Shown: in pieces, positions 48,407-61,200 of the stretch
How the letters are laid out: each line of letters begins with the position of its first letter
Numbering within the stretch: the first letter of the stretch is position 1
From: Spongospora subterranea f. sp. subterranea
Lineage: Eukaryota
Direction of reading: 5' to 3'
DNA: 64,000 nt
Assembly (NCBI GenBank): GCA_049724395.1
Contig: JAUGWO010000051.1
Span: 1-64,000, forward strand
Notes under the pieces: generated by a model
Told to the model about the DNA's origin: nothing
Databases searched by the model: none
The model's input: the letters and a program-made list of their open reading frames with translations, nothing else
Program-made: the position numbers and the translations under genes

Positions 48407-49742
48407 ACCATAATTGAAGGGTACAGCTCTGTTTGGACCAGCCAACGTCTGAATAAATTTGAACTGCCTTTGAAAGCATTATAGATACTTATAGGGGCTT
48501 TGGTAGATTTGTGAACCCTCCAAAGTTCTTTGAAATAGAGTATGTGCTGTTGTGGCTGGATTACCAATATACCGCCACTGTTGAGGCCAAAACACATTGT
48601 GATTTGTTCGGTGTCCCCTCCCTCAACCTTTCTTCGACTGATGAAGAACCCCTCAAATTGATCTCAGCCTGGCTTTGCTGAATTCGGTTCCTGACCAGGC
48701 CATAAATCGGAGGTGATCGACGTTGAACAACGCCAACGCCAAAGAACTTCGAGCTCATTGCGTTTTTGTGGTTCATTGTTAGCGGAAATGATCGTGTTCA
48801 ACCGCTGAGCAGTGTCGATTTACCAAACTCCATATACTGTATAACTGTTAGGCTCTTCAGATTAAGATGGTTATTTGGGCACATTGAACAACAGCAGTTA
48901 GGTTGGCTGCATTGTGTCGTTGCCACTGGAAACATTGCTATGGCGTTTATTTTGGGGGCGTCGTCACTATCCCTGGGTGCTGGAACAATGGGGATATTCG
49001 CAGGACGTTGCCAGACTGACCAATTTCCATTTGATAGACGAAGACGGCTTGCATCAGTGGCGATTCTGCATTTCCTGGAAGAGACCATCCTTTTGGCAAG
49101 ATCATATCACCCCGCAAAGAAGGTGTTGTACAATGCTATTGCGTCTTTCATGAAACAGGGGCCGTTGTGTCAGTGGATCAATCATTTTCTGTCTCTTCCT
49201 TGACGCCGACAAATATCAGCATCCCCACGTTTGTGTATCGCCGCCGAAACTAATCAAAATGTCAGCAACAATATGAATTTTATTTAATCAAAGTTCTCAA
49301 TAACGGTTTCGATATCGCGCGATTTCAGTGAAAGTCTGAGGAAATATTAGTTCTTCCTTAGTATTCTGTCCAGTGCCTAAGCGAATATCTGGAAAAGTTG
49401 TTCAGTTTTGCTTATCAACTGGTAGTTATATGCGAACCAGCAACGGCAAACTACATTAGCAGGAATAACATATGACAATCGACGACGCCATGATTGCCGA
49501 CTCAAAGCAATCAAGTCTGCTCCCATCGACAAACCCTTCATCCTATCGGATCACTGAGCGCTCGGACGAACAAGGCATAGCGGAATGGAATCACATCTGG
49601 TATCGCCCCACCTCACTCGATCGTGTCGTGATGTCATCGTTGCGGTCAACCGGGGAATATTGCAGTCAATTGTCGCACCGTAAATTGCATCAAATTCACT
49701 TCGTCATTCGTAAATCATAGAAAGCGATCGCGACCAGATTCC

Positions 49743-50044
49743 AGCGAAGAAGAGCGAGTTGTTCAGTCCATTCTCCTTCCCACCAACAGTTCTAGCGAAG
49801 AAGAGCGAGTTGTTCAGTCCATTCTCCTTCCCACCAACAGTTCTAGCGAAGAAGAGCGAGTTGTTCAGTCCATTCTCCTTCCCACCAACAGTTCTAGCGA
49901 AGAAGAGCGAGTTGTTCAGTCCATTCTCCTTCCCACCAACAGTTCTAGCGAAGAAGAGCGAGTTGTTCAGTCCATTCTCCTTCCCACCAACAGTTCTAGC
50001 GAAGAAGAGCGAGTTGTTCAGTCCATTCTCCTTCCCACCAACAG
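49743..50044. repeat. Perfect 51-bp tandem repeat, 5.9 copies
   Basis: Unit agcgaagaagagcgagttgttcagtccattctccttcccaccaacagttct, with no spacers. Confidence 0.97.
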
Positions 50045-50519
50045 ATCACAGCAGGTCAACGCCAACACCCCCATTTTGTGAAATTGACGTCCACTCTTCC
50101 TTCTTCTTCGTCCTGCAATCGTACGATATCAACTGGCGATTCGCATTCATATGCTTCACGACGCTTCGTTAAACAACCGCTCTTACTCAAAACGACCAGC
50201 GACGGTCCAGCGAGCAACGCCGTTCAGCGTCATCTCGTTTGCAGCCGAAGCTGTGTCTGTTCAAAGTCAAGGAAAGATCGATCTTCCTTGGGGAGGTCGT
50301 AAATTCACCTTCACCTCCGATTCGGTTCGGCGGTCTTCAGATTGATTCCCGTCGTGGGATATCGAAAGATGATCAGCTGTTGATTTGATCAGGGTATTGC
50401 CGGTCTCTCATCTCACAACATTCTCCATATTCAACGCTTCCTCTTGGTGTCTCACATTTTTTCCTTTCACAGCTGTTTCTGTAGAAGATCGATAATGTTA
50501 TCAGAAGTGGCAGCCACAT

Positions 50520-51240
50520 TCCTTTACAAAATTTCAGGGCCGTATTAACGTCTTCATAGAGTTTGCCTCATGGATCAACATAACAGTAAATGTTTCGATA
50601 TGATTGGAGTACAGATGATACAACGCCCGAACCAGTAAACACCTCTGGGTATCGGGTCCACTGTCCGAGATAAAGTCGTCGGCGGATCCAGTCACCAAAC
50701 ACGTTGATTTTGATCACCAGTATTGGAAAAGTTCGCTTGGTCTCCGAATCTGCAACTTTTCATCCTTTCGATCGCAATTCCCAAGTGATTGTTTTCCAAT
50801 GAAAACCCGCATTCCGTTTACCACAACCATCATATAGTTTCACAATTGTCGAAGACGCAACGGACGGTGACAATCCTTAAACAAAGGCATAGAATAATGC
50901 TTGGGATTACGAACAGAATTGAGCGTCTTCGAACAAGCGACCACTATCGGCCTGATTATTGCCCCGCTGTCAAGACCATCTGGGCCCATCGTTGATACCG
51001 GAATTTGACAAAAGGATATGATTCACTGGTGAATTGCTGTCGCGACCTGACGAAAGGGGGAACTTTTTGAGGAATACAGGGGAACTGAGGTATAGAAAGT
51101 TGACCAAACATTGAAATGAGGATGCGGTTTTCAAAAGGGGACGATTGAATGCGGTGTTGGTGTTGGTAAATGCGATTCTGAAGCGAATTGGGACAGAGTT
51201 TGATAATGAGGTGCAGAAGCAAGATCTCGGACCATCATCG
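50520..51240 (-). pseudogene. Family B gene remnant
   Basis: Paralog of 45096-46068 (IKLCP, ISMFGQLS, QFTSESYPF). Confidence 0.55.
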
Positions 51241-53419
51241 ATCATTGAGATTTGTTGAATGTTCGATTACCGGCAAAAACTGGTGAATTCATTGGGAGGG
51301 TTCTAGAGTTTGGCAACATGAGATGTGAACTTGAGAAGGGGAAAGAAGGGGACACCATTAGCCAACATAGGGAATTACCAGGCAGGAAGATGAACGGCAG
51401 GAATGGGGTCAAGGTGGTTTGGACAACATCATCATCACTCCCTTGAAACAAGGAGATCTTGCCCCATTATCTGATTATTGTCATTTCTCGACGATAACCG
51501 CTGCGACAGGTTATTAGGACATCGGCCTTTGTTTGAGGTTGTTTCTTGTCGTTGTTGTCCTGTCCTTGGAGTCAACACGTATATCATCGGTCCCAAGATT
51601 TTCATGTCGCATTTAGGATTAACCTGCCATCGCATGAGCAACAGCCAGAAAGGGATATAATGAGGAACTCTGACTCTGACACCAATTCTACTTTATTCAA
51701 CATGTCATCAAAATATGAATTGTCTCCAATCAACGTCCTCAATAAATGGGTCCAGATAGCCTTTTGTCTTTCTCAAGGGGATATCCGGTTATGATCCTAC
51801 ATCACGTGCAAAACCTCGGAATGAAGGAACCTGGACATCGATGAAAAACGTATCTGCAGGAACAAAATCCTAGTTATATTCAGTGAGGAGTTCTCGCCAT
51901 TCAGGATTTTTGCTTTTTTCATCAAATGTATCTAGAATCAACTATCAGGAGCGTGGTTCACCACAACAACGGGTCGTCATCATCTTGGGGACATGACGTT
52001 TTTTGTTTTCTGAGGGATGAAGAGATGCCAGATTGAATCACTTCATTTGTTTTTGATGTGATGACCCCGAACTGACGCTCGTCGTATCTCTGCACTTCTC
52101 AACACCATCATTGGATGAATGTCATATGATCAGACCAGCATCACGGCTGCGAATTTTCTGATGCTTTTGATGGGATGGCGCATTCCAGATGGGAAATATT
52201 GTTCTGGACTGATTGACCCAGTTCAAACCGAGTTCCACGTGATTGTTGGATACGTCATCTCGCCAGTTCGTCATCAATGAACTACAGTCTGTCAGGAGAA
52301 TCAGGACCCAAAGTAATCACCGATGAAAGTAAAAGGGTCAGCAAGTTCTGCCCATAATTTCACCAATGAATCATTTTTTTAAGGCGAACGCTGAAACAAA
52401 CTTTTGTGGAACTGCTGAAACTTGTGTTAGTTTCATTACTTGACCGAAGTACCTTTTCGACCAGATCAGTTTATCAGATTCTCAATCATCTGGCAATGTT
52501 GTCGAATTGGGAATCACACATGGCGACACACTCTCCATCACGACCATCTGTGGTGATGTGAAGAGCAGGAATGGTATTGTGGAGCTGTTTCTACAACGGG
52601 AAGTCGATTTAACGTGAATTCAATGGATTTCCGGATCATCCAGCGACCCGTTCAACAAGACCGTCACTAGACACTCTAAATGCAACATTTACTGAGTCTT
52701 TCAAATAAACAAAGCAAACGCTCCTGGCACGGACGGTCAAAAACAAAAACCAACGATAGTTGGATTCTACGATGGCTTCGGCGCTTTCGCTCAAGCAAAT
52801 TCTCTGTTTGCGCAACGAGACCAAAGAAAACCCATCATATCTCCTCATCAAGATTGTTATCCTCATAGAGAACAGTGAGAACCTCATAAACTTAAGGAAT
52901 TATAGTTATTTTTTAGTTCCCTATTCTCTGATCAGCGAATGATTGTAAAAGTTGAGCTGTTCAGGACATGACAAGACGTACGAACAACGTCAGAGGTATC
53001 AAGACCGTTTGATTGTGTCCGGAGGAGGTCGTTGAGAACGTGAAATGAGATGAGCGATGGTCGGCTGGCGATCCCAGGAATCTTACAAGGAAAAACCTGT
53101 CCCATTGCTATAGCCATTATCTGTCGCCGATCGTCCGTTCACCTCCAACGGCCATCGACTTCCTCATCAATTGACTGACGACAACGAATGTTGTTTTACA
53201 GCTTTTTAGCGATCTAAATGATCTCCGGAGAAAATCCCTTGCACTTTTCCGAAAAGGTGTTTTGGATTTGTGATAGTCCAAGGTGATCGATGCCAATAAG
53301 ATTGGGGAACAGTATATCCTCTGAATGTCCAGCCATCGCCCAGGGATTATCTGTTATTATCATTCCCGTCTCAAATCGAATAATCCTTCAGTCAATCGGA
53401 TCCACTCCCCATCTCCACT

Positions 53420-54140
53420 AAACAGTTCGTCACGAGTGTGTTTATCAATATGTTCACAGGATCGCATTGTTGTTCGTACGTCGAAATCTGATCCCATATT
53501 CGCTTGACAGGGTGAGATCCTCATTGGCGATACCAATATTAAAATATCACATAATTCCATGGTTCGTTGGCATCTTTTGTTCTTCGTGATACAAGTAGTC
53601 GAGGCGCCCTCAAAAACCTCTTGAATTGGGAAATGGTGATGCTGTGGGAAGTGTCAACTAAACTGTTCCAAATCTTTTGCGGTTGTCAATCGCAAATGAT
53701 AGTCGATTAGCTGGGAGTTGGTACATGATTGGCCCAATTTGGGTATATCTTGAGTGAAATTGGACCCGGACCTCATAAAACTCGTTGATTTATCTGTGAT
53801 AACAATTGGCGATCGCGTCCTTCAGACCATCCATGCCCTCGGAAGCACCAGAATTCACTGTCTCCGAAATGTTTCTTGAACTCGAGCAAGTTGTCGCGAA
53901 AATCCACAAATTGCTCTTTTGTCGGACGAATTACGGAATACTCAACAAATTTGCTTTTACAAATCTGCTACAACTGGGGAGAAGCTCTATCGTTTGAATA
54001 ATCCTGAGGCCAAGGCCGCTTCAATGACGATAACGATGGCGATAGCAATGACTCTGGCCCGTATGACACTGTTTGATAATGGACGAGAGGAAAAATGGAC
54101 AATTGGGCCAACCCTGGAACCGCTGAAAATTCGGTTTGAT
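53420..54140 (-). pseudogene. Family A membrane protein pseudogene
   Basis: VIAIAIVIVIEAALASG, FVEYSVIRPTKEQFVDFR, QDIPKLGQSCT, with stops and frameshifts. Confidence 0.8.
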
Positions 54141-54716
54141 ACAGGCAGCCCCTGGCGCTATTGACTGAGACGTCCAGTGTCTCTGATGCACAATGATGAT
54201 GTGCCACGAAGCGGATCAGACACGAACAACGTCAGAATGACCGAGATCATCGATTTTCTGCGGTCGATGAAGCGAATGGGGCCGACAATACAACCCAAGG
54301 ATTCTCGTCCGAAAACCGGCGCGATTGGTGAAGCCAGTCCTGTGGCCGATCGTCAATTCTTCGTCATCGGCCATTTGTTTCCTCATTGTTCAGCAATGAC
54401 TGTATTGCTTCCATTTAACGACGGTTATACCAATGCTGTCTAAGATCGCCACCCGAAAATTATATTCCAATTCTGACGATCGCTCGTTTTGCGATTGTGA
54501 TATTTCCCGTTCCCCCCTGAACGTCGTGGTCACAGTAATGTCCCAGTTGATCGCCGACAATCAGAGTGTAGAACAGTATCTCTATCGTATGTCCCACGAT
54601 CGCCCAGTAAATATTGCTCACCAGTGCCGTCTCAAACGGAATATTACAGCAATGAAACTGATCCAATAGCATGACCATCACCAAACACAACAACAGAGTA
54701 CATGTGAAATGTGTGT

Positions 54717-55544
54717 TTATCGGGGTCCTTCAAGGTTGTCCAGAAACCACTTTTCAAGTCGGACAATTTGCTGCAAAAGATAAGTAGGATGTAGAAAGGC
54801 GCCAGGTCCCATAAAATACTGATCCCATTCGTTCTTGAGATAAATTATGAACTCACGCGATTCCGATAAACAGGTACGTTCAAATATGTTCATCTCTTTT
54901 TGCATTTGTTGGAATCGGCGACTGTTCCTTGTTTCATATCGGGTCCAGTCGCTCTGAAACTTCCGAATTGTGTCATTATACTGCTGTGGTAGATGTAAAA
55001 TATGTCGCTTCAACTCCTCCGCTTCGAGCAATCGAGAAAAGAAATCGAATTGCTGAGCTTTGGTGCATGATTGGACCAGTTTGGGAAAATCTTGAGCAAG
55101 TTGAACGTACATCTCATATATCACTGTAATCGATGAGTGATAACGGGTCATTGCGTCGTTTAAGTCGTTCATGGACTCGGGAAAACCAGATTTGCCATTT
55201 CCGTGATATTGTTCATAGAACGGGCCGAACTTGGCGCGAAACTCCACACATTGCTCCAATGTTGGACGAATGACGGAATACTCGATAAACTTACTCTCAA
55301 AATCTGCCACATCTCTGGAGAGTTTCTGGCGCTTGGACAGTCCGGAGCCCAAGATCGCCCCAGTAATAGTTATGGCGATAGCGATGGCGATACCAATGAA
55401 TATGGCACATTTGACCCATATTGACTTGTTGACAGTTCTAGGGGGGTTCACAGGCTGAGGTTGGGTCATTATATCAACCGGGGTCGGATGATGAAGGGGA
55501 ATAGGATCAGGGGATTGGCCATTGATTACTGGATCTGGACCCAT
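54717..55544 (-). CDS. Family A single-pass membrane protein of unknown function (intact, 275 aa)
   Basis: Collinear paralog of 40137-40955. Confidence 0.85.
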   Translation of the reverse strand: MGPDPVINGQSPDPIPLHHPTPVDIMTQPQPVNPPRTVNKSIWVKCAIFIGIAIAIAITITGAILGSGLSKRQKLSRDVADFESKFIEYSVIRPTLEQCVEFRAKFGPFYEQYHGNGKSGFPESMNDLNDAMTRYHSSITVIYEMYVQLAQDFPKLVQSCTKAQQFDFFSRLLEAEELKRHILHLPQQYNDTIRKFQSDWTRYETRNSRRFQQMQKEMNIFERTCLSESREFIIYLKNEWDQYFMGPGAFLHPTYLLQQIVRLEKWFLDNLEGPR

Positions 55545-58261
55545 TAGAATTAACGGACGAGAGGAGAATGGAGAAGTCTGGGATCAGTCCGGGAACCCTA
55601 AACCGGAGTTTATTTCACCCCTCGTCCCGTTCTGCGCTATGTGCCATTCGACCTCAGTCTCGGTGAACGGCTACTTTCAGCGTTCATTGCCAAGATTCTC
55701 TAATCGCTCAAACATTGGGTTTGCAGTATCAAAGATGACGGAAGTCAAGACGCGCGAATGTCCATTCGCAATGTGTGAACAACGTGAGCGCGGTTCTCCT
55801 CATCCTATCAAATTCTTTATTGATTGGACTGTTTTTGTGTAATGGGCATTTTCCAATAGTGGCAATTTAACGGCGGTCGAATCGGCGACAAAAACATCTC
55901 GAGACAATCATGAAGTTATGATTGAAGCCGCCTGGTCTCGAAGTTCCGTCAAAGTCTGTTTTGGTATTGATAGAGACCCCGCCCGCCCAACCCTAAATGG
56001 TCGTGCACAGAGTACAGTACAGGACGCGACTCCGTATTTGACCTCGCACGGTGACACGTCACAACAGGGATCTGCGGGAAAACACGTCCACACAGCCAAA
56101 CCAACGCGGTTTTTGCGGTGACTTGCCGGAAACGTGAGATCAAAAGGGTCGACTGGCCGGCTGATTTCCCTCTCGCTACAACTCTTGACAATCGATATTT
56201 CTGAAGTTTTCTCGTGTCCAACGATGATGCCGAGAGTGGCTCTAGAAACCGATCATTTGAATACAGTACTTACTTTATAAGAACGTTAATTCCCGGGCTT
56301 TGTATGGAGACTCGTCTATCAAGTTTGTCATAGATGCGCAAACTAAAATATGTGTTGCCAATAACGTATTTCCAATAAGATTCCTGCTGCTCAAGCATTG
56401 CAGGATGCGCGGAAGAACAAACATCGGCAGTGCTGACACAATCGAGATCGGTAGCAAAGGAGCACAAAAGCTTGTGATCCAGAACTCTAAATGCTTGAAA
56501 GGCCAAGAACGACGTCCGTGATGCCTGACAAAACATGATCAAATTTCAAGCAACTCTGGTAGTGATATACTCCAATCCAAGAACGGCTTAGCATCATCTT
56601 TAGCTGACACTCGGATGCGATTGACGACCGAGAGAAAGTAGGCAGGCATCTCCCTGTCCATGTCGAAATGCTACTGCGCCTCGTACACTCAACGATCAGA
56701 ATGACATTCCTTACTCTACGTTGGTTTGTGATCACTGTAGCTGATGTGACCGGGCAGATTGTACTGTAGCTTTCTTTCTGTTGGAGTTTCCCGATCGTTC
56801 CGATATCACTCATATATTACCTCGGGAGCAACTGAAAGGGCGGGAGCACTTGTGCCCGGAATCAAAAAAATTTTGCTGGTGGCGCCGGTATGTTATTGGT
56901 CAATACTTCGTCTCTTTACAGTTATGGTGAATTGATATAAAACGTGATTTAAGTCCCGTTTCAGCACTCATTGTTGAATGTGTGCCAAGTCTGTACGAAA
57001 CGTTTGCCCAAGTGATAACAGAAATGCAATGCGACTCCCATATCGTTCAATTGATGAACCTGGAAATGTAAGGAGTTGAGTTCCAAAGCAGATCCTGCCC
57101 ATAGATGCATGCTAGCCAGGTCAGATACTTCCGCCATTGATTCAAACAATCGTTTCTTCTATGTTGTCCAATTGTCACCTGTTAATTGAGTAGACGTCAT
57201 CAAAGCGTTGATTTGAACGTAGGAGGAACACGATGCTGAGCGACTTCTCTAGAACCCATGTGATGTGAAATCTTACTCTCAACTCTTCAGATGAATCCAT
57301 CAAATCAAGCCGGAGTCCAATCGGAAATACAAGTCTCAAGCACCTACGCTTGATGTTCGAAAATGAGGTACCATGGAAGATTTGCATAATCTGTGCGTCC
57401 CTCGTCCCTTGTTTCAAACCTTTCAACGCGCAACTTGATTCGTGTTGATGATGGTCTTGGAGGCTAAAGAAGTTGTCGACGCTGTCCGGATTTCATTTGA
57501 TGCAATCCAGACGAAAAGCACAGAATCACTGTTTCATTAAAAATAATTTTTTTTAAATTGTCATCATTCTGTGCGTCCTCTTCGCTTTGATGCAAAACTA
57601 TAGTATCACAAGGGAATTGGTCAGGTAAATTACCTAGGCGATTCGACACTCTTCTTGCTCATTGAATGCAGCTTGAAATACACTTTCTCGTGACATTTGA
57701 GGAAGGGTCAAAGATCCTACTTCAATCCCACTTTGATGATTTCATTTGTGCAGACAGATCCAAAAGTTGTCGCTCTTATTGGTGAGGCTTGTCCTATTGG
57801 ACTTACACGCTAGAACCCAGACCAAGAACCATTTAGTCACGGCTGTTCTGTATCTTGACGGTGAACTGAAAATCACGTCCCTCAAGCTTGCTTCGTCAAT
57901 GAATGCTTAATCTGCAGCGTCGATATTGTGGCTTGTGTTTTCCAAATTGGATAAATTGGATCCTGTCCAAGAATCTGGCCATTTGACACGAATCGCTGGT
58001 GTTACCTGATTGATATGGCAAGTTCTGTTTCGTGTTTCATGATGGCCTCAATGGGTTTGGTGACCATTGTTCCAACCGGACGGTTCTTTTCTGTTTATTT
58101 TGGCTGGCTCTTGGACCGCCAATGGGAAAATACATTTCGTTTCCAGACCCATCTGTCTCTAGACCTGTCCAATCGCCGGCGCTAATAGCCACATTTTGGT
58201 ACAGCAAGCAAACACTGAATATACATTGTTTTATTTTATAAACATAAGCATACATGTTCAT

Positions 58262-61200
58262 TCACGAATCATAATCTGATTTAACCACATCCTTTTGCTG
58301 TGTAGAGGATTTGTGTCCAAACACGTGTCCGGCGACGGCGTCCAAAGCCGCTTGAGCGCTCGATGCAGGTCCAGCTGCATCGGCGCCTTTTTGAAGAGTT
58401 TGCGAAAAATTCACTCCGCTGTGCATTTGCTGCAGCTGTGAGTTGGCCAACATGTTTGGCAATGAAACATGAGGCAACAACTGGTTGTCGACAATACCGT
58501 CTAAAGGAAAAGTACGGTCAGCTTTTCGCGATTACGTAAATGACTTCTCACCTTTTGAAGTCACGAGTTTGTTAATGACGTGATGATGGTTCGATGACAG
58601 TGATGGGGCATCAAACTGTGAGAATATATTTTGAACGTCGGATGAAATAGTCCCAGAAGATGAATTCACTGTTTGCCGGAAGGCTGAAGCGGATTTCTGC
58701 AGATTGACGTCGTCTGCACTGATGAGCACACTTTTGCCGTTCTGCAAGAAAACGTCAGGAGTCAATGATGGCGCAGCCATTCTCTGCATATTCAGCATAT
58801 CGCTGTCAAGAACCATCGAAGACGCTTGTGTAGACATTATTGGAATATTTTCGGTGTTGGCTACATGAGCAACCGCCGACGCATGCTCACCTACATCCTT
58901 CGAAGAGGCTCCAATTTTAGATCAGGAGCAACCGAAGACGATTGCGAAGCCATCTTGGACAAATCCTCCAAACTGACCTGATGCACAATCGATGACCCTT
59001 GTGAAGCCATTCTTCGCATGTTGTCAAGATTGACCTCAGGAGCCATTGATGACGCTTGCGTAGCCATCCTGGACAAGTCCTCCAACTTAACCTGATCCGC
59101 AATCGATGACGCTTGTGAAGCCATTCTTTGCATGTTGCCGAGATTGACCTCAGGAGCCATTGATGACGCTTGCGTAGCCATCCTGGACACACCCTCCAAA
59201 TTAACCTGATGAGAAACTGATGACGCTTGTGAAACCATTCTTCGCATGTTGTCAAGATTGACCTCAGGAGCCATTGACGACGCTTGCGTAGCCATGCGGG
59301 ACACATCCTCCAAATTAACCTGATGCACAATCGATGACGCTTGTGAAGCGATTCTTTGCATGTTGTCGAGATTGACCTCAGGAGCCATTGATGACGCTTG
59401 CGTAGCCATCCTGGACACATCCTCCAAATTAACCTTGTGCGCAACCACTGATGCTTGTGAAGCCATTCTTTGCACATTGTCGAGATTGACCTCAGAGGCC
59501 ATTAACGAAGCATGCGAAGCCATCCTGGACATATCCTCCATATTGACCTTGTGAGCAATCGATGACGCTTGTGAAGCGATTCTTTGCATGTTGTCCAGGT
59601 TGACCTCAGGAGTCATTGATGACGCTTGCGTAGCCATCCTGGACACATCCTCCAAATTAACCTGATGAGCAACTGTTGACGCTTGTGAAGCGATTCTTTG
59701 CATGTTGTCGAGGTTGACCTCACGAGTCATTGATGGCGCTTGCGTAGCCATCCTGGACACATCCTCCAAATTAACCTGATGAGCAACTGTTGACGCTTGT
59801 GAAGCGATTCTTTGCATGTTGTCGAGGTTGACCTCAGGAGTCATTGATGACGCTTGCGTAGCCATCCTGGACACATCCTCCAAATCGACCTTGTAAGCAA
59901 CTGATGACGCTTGTGAAGCCATTCTTTGCATGTTGTTAATATTGACCTCAGGAGCTATTGACGACGCTTGCGTAGCTATCCTGGACACATCCTCCAAATT
60001 GATTTGATGGGCAATCGATGACGCTTGTGAAGCCATTCTTCGCATGTTGTCGATATTGACCTCAGGAGCCATTGATGATGCTTGCGTAGCCATTCTGGAA
60101 GCATCCTCCAAATTGACCTTATTCGCAATCGAGGACGCTTGTGAAGCCATTTTTTGCATATTGTCGATATTGACCTCAGGAGCCATTGACGACGCTTGCG
60201 TAGCCATTCTGGACAAATCCTCCAAATTGACCTTATGCGCAAACGATGACGCTTGTGAAGCCATTCTTTGCATATTGTCGAGATTGATCTCAGGAGCCAT
60301 TGACGACGCTGTAGCCATCCTGGACACATCTTCCAAATTGACCTTATTCGCAATCGACGACGCTTGTGAAGCCATTCTTTGCATATTGTCGATATACACC
60401 TCAGGAGCCATTGACGACGCTTGGGTAACCATCCTGGACACATCCTCGAAATTGACATTATGCGCAATCGATGACGCTTGTGAAGCCATTCTTTGCATGT
60501 TGTCGAGATTGATCTCAGGAGCCATTGACGACGATTGCGTAGCCATCCTGGACACATTCTCCAAACTGACCTTGTGAGCAACCGAAGACGCTTGTGAAGC
60601 CATTCTTTGCATGTTGTCGAGATTGATCTCAGGAGCCATTGACGACGCTTGCGTAGCCATCCTGGACACATCTTCCAAATTGACCTGATTCGCAATCGAT
60701 GACGCTTGTGAAACCATTCTTTGCATATTGTCGAGATTGACCTCAGGAGCCATTGACGACGCTTGCGTAGCCATTCTGGACACATCCTCCAAATTGACAT
60801 TATGCGCAATCGATGACGCTTGTGAAGCCATTCTTTGCATGTTGTCGAGATTGACCTCAGGAGCCATTGACGACGCTTGCGTAGCCATTCTGGACACATC
60901 CTCCAAATTGACATTATGCGCAATCGATGACTCTTGTGAAGCCATTCTTTGCATGTTGTCGAGATTGATCTCAGGAGCCATTGACGACGCTTGCGTAGCC
61001 ATCCTGGACACATCTTCCAAATTGACCTGATTCGCAATCGATGACGCTTGTGAAACCATTCTTTGCATATTGTCGAGATTGACCTCAGGAGCCATTGACG
61101 ACGCTTGCGTAGCCATTCTGGACACATCCTCCAAATTGACATTATGCGCAATCGATGACGCTTGTGAAGCCATTCTTTGCATGTTGTCGAGATTGACCTC

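Noticed and set aside
49743..50044. CRISPR-like array
   Set aside because: Units are contiguous and identical with no spacers; eukaryotic context and no cas genes.
56270..57950. Coding-like - strand sequence
   Set aside because: Many stops and no recognisable motif; cannot support a call.
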